The notes beneath the pieces are model-generated. The model did not search any database. It saw nothing but the letters and a program-made list of their open reading frames with translations, and was not told the origin of the DNA. Shown piece after piece: positions 35,277 through 43,783 of a DNA stretch of 64,000 nt. The stretch comes from an uncultured Holophagales bacterium (lineage in GTDB: Bacteria; Acidobacteriota; Thermoanaerobaculia; Multivoradales; UBA5704). The translations under genes were made by a program, and so were the position numbers. Position 1 is the first letter of the stretch. Each line of letters starts with the position of its first letter. The stretch covers positions 128,001 to 192,000 of the forward strand of contig CAWJGT010000023.1 of assembly GCA_963842525.1 (NCBI GenBank), written 5' to 3'.

Positions 35277-36248
35277 ATGAGTCGACTTATTATTGTAGGT
35301 GGTGCCTCTGGAGCTGGAAAATCATTTTTGCTACAAAACATTGCACTACTCGATCTCACTGTGGTAGTCGTTCGTAAATTGACAACAAGAAAGCCTCGGC
35401 CCTACGAAAGCGCTAGCGGACCGGTTGAAGATCTAGAACTCAGCACGCCGTTAGCGAGCGTCAAGCAATGCGACTATGTCTATCAATATGGCAAAGACTG
35501 GTACGGCGCGCGGCGGCAGGACATCAAACAGGTCCTCTTGGCGGGGAAAAACCCGATTCTCATAGTTCGAAACTGCAGGACTATACATAAGATTCTGCAC
35601 GATTTCCCAGGCGCACTGGTTGTCTATCTTCAATCTGGATTGAGCGGTGACGATCTCAAGGAAAAGCTTCTAGAACAGGGGCGTCAAGATATCGACATCG
35701 ACGAAAGGATGCGACGGAATCTGGCCGACTTTAACGAATATGTTCGTCACATCTACTTGTTTCGTCATGTCCTAATAAATTTTTTCGATGATCTTCTATT
35801 GGATCAAATGCAGGCTATCCTTCAGTATGAGATAACCGATGACGATATTTTGCCAGATTTCGTTTTTGTGTTGATGTCATTCAATCCCGATTTTACAAGT
35901 GTGTACAAAGCTATGTGCGCGGCGGGCATGCTGGTTAAAGGGCGGACCCTGCGCGTGGAGCGCATAGACGCAAAGCTCGGTGATTACAAGATAACAAATG
36001 AGGTGCTTCGCAGTATAAGAAGATCTGCACTTATTCTTTGCGAGGTCTCAGAGGAGCGACCCAATGTTTACTATGAACTTGGCTATGCCCGGGGGCTCGG
36101 AAAGACAGTAATTCCTTGCGCCAGAGCTGGAACAACTCTTCCCTTCGATGTCAAAGACTTTCGTACTATTTTCTACTCCGACCCAATCGATCTACAGGAA
36201 AAACTAGTGGCGGAGTTCATCGCCGCCTTCAACGGAAGTGAGAAATGA
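35277..36248 (+). CDS. Guanylate-kinase-like P-loop domain fused to nucleoside 2-deoxyribosyltransferase-like domain
   Basis: GGASGAGKS, TTRKPRPYE, YQYGKDWYG; C-terminal FVLMSF..RPNVYYELGYARGLGK..LPFDV. Confidence 0.8.
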   Translation: MSRLIIVGGASGAGKSFLLQNIALLDLTVVVVRKLTTRKPRPYESASGPVEDLELSTPLASVKQCDYVYQYGKDWYGARRQDIKQVLLAGKNPILIVRNCRTIHKILHDFPGALVVYLQSGLSGDDLKEKLLEQGRQDIDIDERMRRNLADFNEYVRHIYLFRHVLINFFDDLLLDQMQAILQYEITDDDILPDFVFVLMSFNPDFTSVYKAMCAAGMLVKGRTLRVERIDAKLGDYKITNEVLRSIRRSALILCEVSEERPNVYYELGYARGLGKTVIPCARAGTTLPFDVKDFRTIFYSDPIDLQEKLVAEFIAAFNGSEK

Positions 36249-37582
36249 GGAATACAGCGCAAGGCTTTAGAGATCGCTTCGCTGATGCTCAGGCGTCGAT
36301 TATTATTCTTGGCACCAACCCCCTTATTCCATTTCTTGAAAGTAGCGCGCAATTTTTCGCAGATCTTCTGACTCTTCGAACAAAGCTCAGGCTGAGCATT
36401 CTCTACGAGAGCGACAGCGAGAACTTCAGCCAGTCTTTGTGTGTCGATACTCAGCACTCGGAGAACAGATTTTCATACGAGTCACTTCGAGTTCACAGAA
36501 ATAGAATAAGCGGGACAAAGAAAGAAGGTGAAGGTGGAATTTTTTTAGAGATTGGCGAGTGTTTGAGTGACGACATGCTGAGAAAAGCGGTCCTGAGACG
36601 CGTAACCCTTCGACAGGTCAACTTGAGGCTCCCGCTCAATATCATTTCGGTCGACAGCCGACTATGGTTCTGCGTAGTTACCAATTCCATGCCCGTTATA
36701 GAAGACTATATCGAAATTAAGAAAAATGATCCATTGTATCTGGTCGTTACTGATTTTCTTGATTTTTATACTGACCAGGGAAAAGGAGGGATATATCTTT
36801 CCCAGCCGAAGGAAGAGTTAATCCAGCTTTATGACAAGGAGGCCTACCCTAGGGGTATATTCCCGAGGGCCTGCTTCTACACAACCGAATTTCAGCGTTT
36901 CTCCATCTGGGGTTTCATCTTTAACCGAAGAGGGAAACTGTTGCTGCATAAGCGCAGCATGGCTACTAAAGACGGTCGCGGTCTATGGGATAAGTCAGTC
37001 GGAGGACATGTTGACTTGCTTGATTCGTCAACCTTCATCACGGCCCAACGCGAGTTGGTAGAGGAACTTTTCTTGCCCGAGGCGGAATATTCAAAGCATG
37101 TTCGTGCGGATCTCGGAGACATCATAAACTTTGGCGATTGGAATCCCACAAAACGACCTGAACGTGTATTCAAAAATGCCTTCGCCGGCCTTGGCGCCGC
37201 AGATTGGATTCAGTTTCGCGCAACAGATGGAAAGGGAGAGCCCCTTACGGTGACACGAGTTTCTAACCGAAGAATCCATAGGGACGACGGAAGCGTCAGG
37301 ATTAAAAAAACCGTGTTTAGGAGCGATGTATATTTGTTCATAGCTCCTCCGGAATACTTGGATACTGATGAGCAGATGCGACGGTTGCTCGAAATAGCCG
37401 AACAGAAAGGCGCGGCTTCGGATCACAGGTTGATATCCGTTGGTGACTTCAGGAAGTGGATCGACGATACCGAAAAGGAGGGAAAATCAGATGAAATCTT
37501 CACTGACGACCTGTTATTCATTAATGTTAGTCACCGCAACCTGCTGGAACAATTCGCAGAATTCGTAACGTTCATGTTTTAG
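36245..37582 (+). CDS. Unknown N-terminal domain (possibly PLD-fold-like) fused to IDI-like Nudix domain
   Basis: LLLHKRSMATKDGRGLWDKSVGGHV..AQRELVEEL; start overlaps previous stop (ATGA). Confidence 0.7.
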   Translation: MRNTAQGFRDRFADAQASIIILGTNPLIPFLESSAQFFADLLTLRTKLRLSILYESDSENFSQSLCVDTQHSENRFSYESLRVHRNRISGTKKEGEGGIFLEIGECLSDDMLRKAVLRRVTLRQVNLRLPLNIISVDSRLWFCVVTNSMPVIEDYIEIKKNDPLYLVVTDFLDFYTDQGKGGIYLSQPKEELIQLYDKEAYPRGIFPRACFYTTEFQRFSIWGFIFNRRGKLLLHKRSMATKDGRGLWDKSVGGHVDLLDSSTFITAQRELVEELFLPEAEYSKHVRADLGDIINFGDWNPTKRPERVFKNAFAGLGAADWIQFRATDGKGEPLTVTRVSNRRIHRDDGSVRIKKTVFRSDVYLFIAPPEYLDTDEQMRRLLEIAEQKGAASDHRLISVGDFRKWIDDTEKEGKSDEIFTDDLLFINVSHRNLLEQFAEFVTFMF

Positions 37583-37595
37583 GTGGAGGCAAGCT

Positions 37596-38972
37596 GTGAG
37601 TGGGTGCTTGTACATCCTAACGGGCGCGTCAGGGTGTGGAAAGACGACGCTCTTAAACAGCGTCTGTTCAGGGGCTCTGCAGAAGAAGTATTCAGCAGTT
37701 AAGGCTCCGAAGTACTCGGAACGATCATCGCGCGGGCCGGATGATGATATAGAAACTGTCGAGCGAGTGGAACTCGGGGCCTTCGATCTTGCCTATGTAA
37801 TCAATGGTATCCGATATGGAATACGCATCAGAGATATAGAGGTTCAGATTGAAGCAGGGAAAAACTCATTTATAATACTGAGCGACTTCCGAATTGTCCG
37901 ACGTCTGAAGGCTATGCTCCATCACCGAGCGAAGGCTATATATATAGCGTCCAGTGTTGATACAAGAAGAATTGAAGCCATTCAAGAGGCCCGGTACGGA
38001 TTCAATCCAGACCCCAAACAGCGAAAGCGACTTCAAGTTCAGTTCTCTAGACTGGAGAGCGCTGCTCGCCTCGGTTTATGGAGAAGCGTTTTTGAATGCA
38101 TGGGAGAGCTAGCCAATGACTGGCGAGAGTTTATTCCTGAGGCCAAGTCGACGGAGATCAGAGCGCAAAAGATCCGCGCATTTCATAACAGGTACATCGA
38201 TAACCTGCATCTTTTTGATCACGTTCTGTTGAATTACAACCAAGGTCACCCAGAGGAAATGACAGAGCAGTTGGTTAATATTTTGAAGTGTTCATCCACG
38301 AGAAGGCCCCGGATAAATAGCCGACCAGTTCTGTTTGTTGTAGCCGCTTCTTCGGGTGCAGGCAAAGGCACCCTAATGGAAACACTCAATATGATAGGGA
38401 GAGATCAGGTTGCGATCGTAACCAAAATGGCTCGACGCGACCCGAAGACAAATGACAGAAGAGATGGAATGGTGGCAATTGGGAAAGACGGAGTGTTTCC
38501 TGAAGTATTTGATATGCATTGGACCTTCCATGAGCCGATGCGAAAGCCCACGAAGCGGGGGCGTCGAGAATTAGTGGAGGCCGGAGATGGACAATCCGAC
38601 AGGAGAGAAATGGAGAAATATGCAGGTACGGAGTACGCGATAGGCACAAAGGAAGTGAGAGATAATTTTGAACGCGGGGTTCAGCAGATTGTTATTTCTA
38701 ACATGAAACAGTTCCCGCGATTCCGTGAGTTGTTTGGAGAAAAAGTTGTTTTCCTTTACCTTCATCGATTGGTTAGCGCAAAGGAAATCCGACGTTTTCA
38801 ACTCGAGAATTGCGAAACAAAGGATGAAGCACTCCAGAGGATATTCGAGATTCGCGAAGTACATAAAGATTATATGAAAAAGATAGCTGAGTTCAACCAT
38901 GTCCTTTTGAATACAGCTTATAGAGAAGATCTATTTGACCAGATGTTCCAACTAATTGATTTTTACCGATAA
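37596..38972 (+). CDS. Tandem guanylate-kinase-like P-loop protein
   Basis: TGASGCGKT + KYSERSSR + YVINGIRYG + FDHVLLN; second AASSGAGKG + KMARRDPK + EYAI + FNHVLLN. Confidence 0.75.
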   Translation: MSGCLYILTGASGCGKTTLLNSVCSGALQKKYSAVKAPKYSERSSRGPDDDIETVERVELGAFDLAYVINGIRYGIRIRDIEVQIEAGKNSFIILSDFRIVRRLKAMLHHRAKAIYIASSVDTRRIEAIQEARYGFNPDPKQRKRLQVQFSRLESAARLGLWRSVFECMGELANDWREFIPEAKSTEIRAQKIRAFHNRYIDNLHLFDHVLLNYNQGHPEEMTEQLVNILKCSSTRRPRINSRPVLFVVAASSGAGKGTLMETLNMIGRDQVAIVTKMARRDPKTNDRRDGMVAIGKDGVFPEVFDMHWTFHEPMRKPTKRGRRELVEAGDGQSDRREMEKYAGTEYAIGTKEVRDNFERGVQQIVISNMKQFPRFRELFGEKVVFLYLHRLVSAKEIRRFQLENCETKDEALQRIFEIREVHKDYMKKIAEFNHVLLNTAYREDLFDQMFQLIDFYR

Positions 38973-39369
38973 CAGGAACCTTCTGAGTTTCGCGGGAGTC
39001 TTTTCTGGCATTGGAGAGCCGGCTATGCCTGGCCCCTCACCCTCGGGCCACCTCTCCCACTCGCACTCACACCCGCGCGGGAGAGGGGGCGCAAAGACCG
39101 CAAGGACGACTCCAAGGGGGCGGGTAGATGTGCGGTTGCTGCTGGATCGGCTGGTGTCGCGGACGCTGGAGGTATGACTGACGGCGCGGCCGGCGGGACA
39201 ATTCGTGCGTGCGGGCGCTGACCGCGGGGGTGGTGCGCGAGATCCTTTACTGACGGTGGGCAGAGGTGAAGGAGCCCTTGGAAGGGCGGCGGGGGGAGAA
39301 GGGTGGAAGTTGGCCGGCCGGCGGTGGAGACGGATATGGGAGGAGTTCGGTGAACTCGTGCCAAACGCA

Positions 39370-39660
39370 ACCGGGCGCTTCTCTGGCGGGGCCGCGGCCG
39401 TATCGGCGGGAGATCAAGGTGCTCTCTGTCGCCGAGGTGGGCCGGCTGCTTTGGGGTGAGGTGCCGGGGACTCTTCCGCGGGATCCGCGGGAGATGCGGG
39501 ACCGGGTGTTGCTGGGGGTCGCATATGTGGCGGGGCTTCGCCCCCACCGACCAAGACACAGGACGGACGCGGACTGTGGCAGGGACAGGCACGGACGGCG
39601 GCTCGGCTGCGGGGCTTCGGTGCGCCGTGAGGTTTGGCCTTGGCCGCTCGGCCTGGCTTT
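39370..39660 (+). pseudogene. XerC/D-like tyrosine recombinase remnant
   Basis: IKVLSVAEVGRLL..RDRVLLGVAYVAGLR resembles box I; HxxR and Tyr motifs absent; reads in frame into repeat R3. Confidence 0.6.
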
Positions 39661-39866
39661 GCCCTACCTGGAGCAGAGCTGGGATGCTGGGACGGATACG
39701 GAGGGTGCTCGGGCGGAGCTTCTATGTGGACCACCGGTGTCAAGCGTCTCAGGGTTGTTCGTCCTCCCCTCCTTTTTGGGTGGTTTCGCCGAGGGCTTCT
39801 GCATCGCGTTGGGGCGTTTGGTCTCCCTTTCAGTTTCTGGCGCTTGCCGGTGTGCCAGGACCTGGT

Positions 39867-40027
39867 CGTCCTTTCCAGCTTCTATCCGTGCTGACCTCAC
39901 CTTTGGGTCAGGCACCAAATGCAGCATGCGCTGCGAGCGACTCAGGCAAGCTTTAGGAGCGGCCCCATCTGAGGAAAACGGTTCGGAAGCCCGAACCAAG
40001 CTCCGCCCCGGGCACGCTCCACCAGTC
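39867..40027 (-). ncRNA. Putative bridge RNA/seekRNA, copy 2
   Basis: Same sequence as 28970-29130. Confidence 0.75.
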
Positions 40028-40079
40028 TTTCTCGGAGACCTCCCCTCTTGTCCCTCCTTACCTGGAATTCTGTTCCAGA

Positions 40080-41207
40080 CTACTTGGTCTTCAGCTCAGC
40101 ACCATCAGGAATCACTCCGTAGTCCAGATAGCGCCACAGCGCGATCAGCAGCTTGCGGGCCAGGGCCACGATCCCCACCCGCCGAGAACGGCGACTCCCA
40201 GGGCCATAGCGCTCCCGAAACCACAAGCTCAGGCGGCTCTGCGGTTGGAAGCGCAACCATCCCCAAGCGATCTCGATCGCCATCACCCGGATCCGGCGAT
40301 TCCCCGCCTTGCTGATCCCCTGTTCGATGTTGACCGTGTCACCACTCTGATAAGGCATCGGCGCCAGACCCGCCAAACCGGCCACCTCTCGACGGTTGCG
40401 GAACTGCCGCCAACCGAAGAATTCCACCACGAACAGCCAACCACTGCTGTCCCCAATCCCCTTGAGCTTTTGCAGCCGCTGCACCTTTTCCGTCGCTTCC
40501 ACTGTGGCCTTCTGGCGAAATCGTTCAACCGCTGCAATCTGACTCTCCAGAAGAGCCAGCCGCTCGCCCTCTCGCCTCAGACGCTCCCGCAAGCTCGAAA
40601 GCAGCCTCTCGCCGTTCCACTGCGTCGCCTGATCCAACTGCTGCAGGAAGCCCTTGCCGACCTTCACTCCCCGAGCCCCCACGCTGGCCAGCAGGCCCTT
40701 GATCCGATTCGTGTGGGCCGTCCGCTCCTGCTTCAGCGACTCAAGCTCCCGGGCCAGGTGACGCTCATCCTCCTGCTCGGGCGTCGGCGCGTGCGCCACC
40801 CCGAACACCTTCTTCTCCCCGCGCTCGTAACGGATCAACAATGACAGCAACTTCTCCACGTCCACCCCATCCGTCTTGGCCCGCCGATGCCGCCGATTCA
40901 CCTCGATGCTCGAGGAGTCCATGACGACGTTTTCCACTCCTTCCGACAGCAGGAACCGATGCAACCAGAACCCATCCCGCCCGGCCTCGTAGCAACTCAC
41001 CACCCGAGCCGACTCCGGCACGCCGAGGCGATGCTTGGCCCGAGCGATCTCCAGCATCAGCCCGTTCAGATCGCCGGCCGCAACCGTCCGCTGACTCGCC
41101 TTGCGTCCAGCCTCCACACCAAACCCCAGCCTCCACTCGCTGGCGCCGAGCTCCAGGGCCATGTGCAACACCGCCTCCGTTCGCGTAGACTCGGTCGTCT
41201 GGTTCAT
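40080..41207 (-). CDS. IS110-family DEDD recombinase/transposase
   Basis: Same protein as 29183-30310. Confidence 0.95.
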   Translation of the reverse strand: MNQTTESTRTEAVLHMALELGASEWRLGFGVEAGRKASQRTVAAGDLNGLMLEIARAKHRLGVPESARVVSCYEAGRDGFWLHRFLLSEGVENVVMDSSSIEVNRRHRRAKTDGVDVEKLLSLLIRYERGEKKVFGVAHAPTPEQEDERHLARELESLKQERTAHTNRIKGLLASVGARGVKVGKGFLQQLDQATQWNGERLLSSLRERLRREGERLALLESQIAAVERFRQKATVEATEKVQRLQKLKGIGDSSGWLFVVEFFGWRQFRNRREVAGLAGLAPMPYQSGDTVNIEQGISKAGNRRIRVMAIEIAWGWLRFQPQSRLSLWFRERYGPGSRRSRRVGIVALARKLLIALWRYLDYGVIPDGAELKTK

Positions 41208-41451
41208 CGGGGTTCTCCTTTCTAACCCGTTAAAGTTCCCCGAAACATACAACCGGCGACCCGCTTTTGCATCCCCCCTCGCCCTGCATAGCATCTGAGT
41301 GGGGGCCGGCGTAGCGATGCGGCTTCAACTGCCCGCCTGGAACTCCACGGAGGACCGGAGGCCACGGGAGCTTACGCTCGGGCCGGCAGCCCCTCCCGAG
41401 GAAACGGGTGGCACCTATTCCGGCAGCACCTATTCCGGCAGAACACGGACG

Positions 41452-41691
41452 GGCACGGCGACTCGGCCGGCCGGGAACGGCTTCAGGGGAAAAAGGGTGC
41501 GCTCTACCGCACCCTTTCGGGCTGAAAGGGGGCGCTCTACCGCACCCTTTTTCGAGGTGCCCTTGCCCCTCGGCTTGGCTTTGTCCTACCTGAAGTAGAG
41601 CTGAGATGCTGGGACGGACACGGAGGGCGCTCGGGCGGAGCTCAGGGTGGCCGGCGTGACGGCAGGGCCTCAACTGCCCGCCTGGATGCGG
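41452..41691 (+). repeat. Palindrome array followed by repeat R4 (empty)
   Basis: CGACTCGGCC..CTTCAGGGGAAAAGGGTGCGCTCTACCGCACCCTTT like 32258-32355; then CCTACCTGAAGTAGAGCTG..GGGCGGAGCTCAG..CAACTGCCCGCCTGGATGCGG. Confidence 0.85.
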
Positions 41692-41728
41692 GTCTGCCAG
41701 AGGAGGTAGGCCTCCGCCCCAGGCGAGG

Positions 41729-43783
41729 CTACTCCAGAAGGCTCTTGAGGAGGGCATCCCTTGCATCCACGTAGAACTGGATGCTCAGCTTGGCGGCCAT
41801 TTCGTCGGAGAGGTCCATGAGCTGCTTGCGCGCGGAGATGGAGACCAGGAGGGCTGAGGCCCCCTTCTCCACGGCCAACTCGGCGATGTTGACGGCGCCG
41901 TGGACTGGATCGATGGAGCCGCCGAGGTTGAGCTGGCCGACTACGATGAGTCCTCCTTTTACGTTTTTCTGGAGAAGAGCGCTGCAGAGCGCCAACAAGG
42001 CTGCCAGGCCGGTGGCGTTTCCACTTTTGGCGGTGTCGAAGGCTCGGAGCTGCACGGAGAACTCGTGAGAGCGGGGGTCACGGTCTCCCACCAGTTCCTT
42101 GGCGCGTGAGTAGAGGTTCTGCTCGGCGTACTTCACGCTCTCCCGGAAGGATGGCGGGGTGGGTGCATTCAAGATCCTGACTCCGGAGCCGGCTCCGACG
42201 GTGACGTCGATCCTGAAGAGACCGACCGGATCGTTGGCTCCGCCTGGGCTGATTGTCCAGATCTGACCCGGAGGCAGTGGATCGGGTCCGATCTCGTTCT
42301 CGCTCTGGAGCTCTGGGGTCGCCACGAACTTTTCGACGCCTTCCGTCCCGAGGTGATAGCTGAAGTGGGTGTTGCGGAACTCGGCCGAGCCGATCCGCTT
42401 TTGCTGCTCCTTGACGCGGCGCCGACACTCCAGGGCAAGTCGCACCGCCCACTCAAGGTCCTCGTCTGAGACCTGGGACTCTGGATTCGGAAAGACGAGC
42501 TTGAGCAGGCCGGTGACGGTCTTCTGAACGGCTGTGATGTCGCGGCCACTCAATGCCCCTCCCCAAAAGACGCGGTTTTGGAGAACACTTCCACGCCCTT
42601 GCATACGCACGCGGTGCCAACACTCGGAGAGGAAATCGCTCACGAGCCCGAAGTGGTTGGTGAAATGTTCCAGCGGGGAGAGCTTCGGAACGTCCCATCC
42701 GGCGAGATAGGCGTGGATCCGGTCCATGAAGGCGGTGTCGTTCCGCATCTCTGGAGGCAGGGGGCCGAGGAGGTGGCCGATCCGCTGTTGGTGCTCCACG
42801 TCCACGTCGAAGTTGCCGACCATGACGATGCCGCCGTCGGCGCGGATGCTCTCTTTTCCGCGGCTGAACTCGCCGGACTCCATGTAGCCCTTCATGATGT
42901 TGACGCCGTCCTTCTGGTCGAAGGAGACGCCGGAGACCTCGTCGAAGCAGACGACGTCGTACTGGCAGACGAGGCCCCGCTGGCCGGTCGCGTTGTTGAC
43001 GAACATCCGGGCCACCGTCGCCTTGCCGCCGGAGATGAGGTGGGCGTACGGCGAAACCTGCTGGAAGAGGTGGCTCTTGCCGGTGCCACGGGGGCCAAGC
43101 TCGACCATGTTGTAGTTGCGCTCGACGAACGGGACCATGCGCAGGAGCATTATGTCCTGCGCCCGGGGCGTGAGCGCTTCGGGCTCGAGGCCGATGCTGC
43201 GGAGCAGGAACCGCTTCCATTCCTCTGTGGAGAACAGCTCTCGGCCGCGGTAGAGTGGCTCCAAGATCTCGCGCTTGCAGAGCTGGATTTCGCGCAAGCT
43301 GACGACGCCGAATGGCCGGCCGTTCTTCTCCTGGGCGATGGCGGCGTCGTACTCGAGCTCCACCTCGGCGTAGAAGCCGCCGGTGAGCATGCGCTCGTTC
43401 TCGCTCACCAGCCGGCTGTCGATCCGCACGTCGTTGAGCTGCAGGCTCGGAAGGGTGACCAGGTAGGAATCGGTCTTGGCATCGAGCCGTGTCTGGACGA
43501 TGTCGATGATCTTGACCGATCCCTCTTCACGCGCACGGGCTTTGAACAGCTCCTCCTCGCCTGCACGGACCGTACGGTTTGAGAGCTGCCGCTCGACGAT
43601 CTGAAGACCTTCCTGGATCTCCTCTTCGTCGGTGCTGGCGCAGTAGCGGCCGAGCAGGAACTCCACGACGTAGGTCGGGACCGGATACTGGGCCTTGAAT
43701 TTGCGCACCAGGTCTTTGCGAACCACAAAGCCCTCGAAGGCCGTGGCCGCAAGCTGGTCGATGCCATCGAGCACGAAGATCAT
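41729..43783 (-). CDS. brxL: BREX Lon-like AAA+ protein BrxL
   Basis: VPTYVVEFLLGRYC, ELGPRGTGKS, FDEV, DTAFMDRIH, Lon-like C-terminal domain. Confidence 0.92.
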   Translation of the reverse strand: MIFVLDGIDQLAATAFEGFVVRKDLVRKFKAQYPVPTYVVEFLLGRYCASTDEEEIQEGLQIVERQLSNRTVRAGEEELFKARAREEGSVKIIDIVQTRLDAKTDSYLVTLPSLQLNDVRIDSRLVSENERMLTGGFYAEVELEYDAAIAQEKNGRPFGVVSLREIQLCKREILEPLYRGRELFSTEEWKRFLLRSIGLEPEALTPRAQDIMLLRMVPFVERNYNMVELGPRGTGKSHLFQQVSPYAHLISGGKATVARMFVNNATGQRGLVCQYDVVCFDEVSGVSFDQKDGVNIMKGYMESGEFSRGKESIRADGGIVMVGNFDVDVEHQQRIGHLLGPLPPEMRNDTAFMDRIHAYLAGWDVPKLSPLEHFTNHFGLVSDFLSECWHRVRMQGRGSVLQNRVFWGGALSGRDITAVQKTVTGLLKLVFPNPESQVSDEDLEWAVRLALECRRRVKEQQKRIGSAEFRNTHFSYHLGTEGVEKFVATPELQSENEIGPDPLPPGQIWTISPGGANDPVGLFRIDVTVGAGSGVRILNAPTPPSFRESVKYAEQNLYSRAKELVGDRDPRSHEFSVQLRAFDTAKSGNATGLAALLALCSALLQKNVKGGLIVVGQLNLGGSIDPVHGAVNIAELAVEKGASALLVSISARKQLMDLSDEMAAKLSIQFYVDARDALLKSLLE

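Larger units (their letters stand above)
39721..41296 (-). mobile_element. IS110-family element copy 2, 1576 bp
   Basis: Same ends and CT core as copy 1; I noticed one synonymous difference (29630 G vs 40527 A). Confidence 0.93.
39637..41440 (+). repeat. Repeat R3 with extension, split by IS copy 2
   Basis: GCCCTACCTGGAGCAGAGCTG..GGGCGGAGCT | CTGAGTGGGGGCCGGCG..CAACTGCCCGCCTGGAACTCCACGG. Confidence 0.85.
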
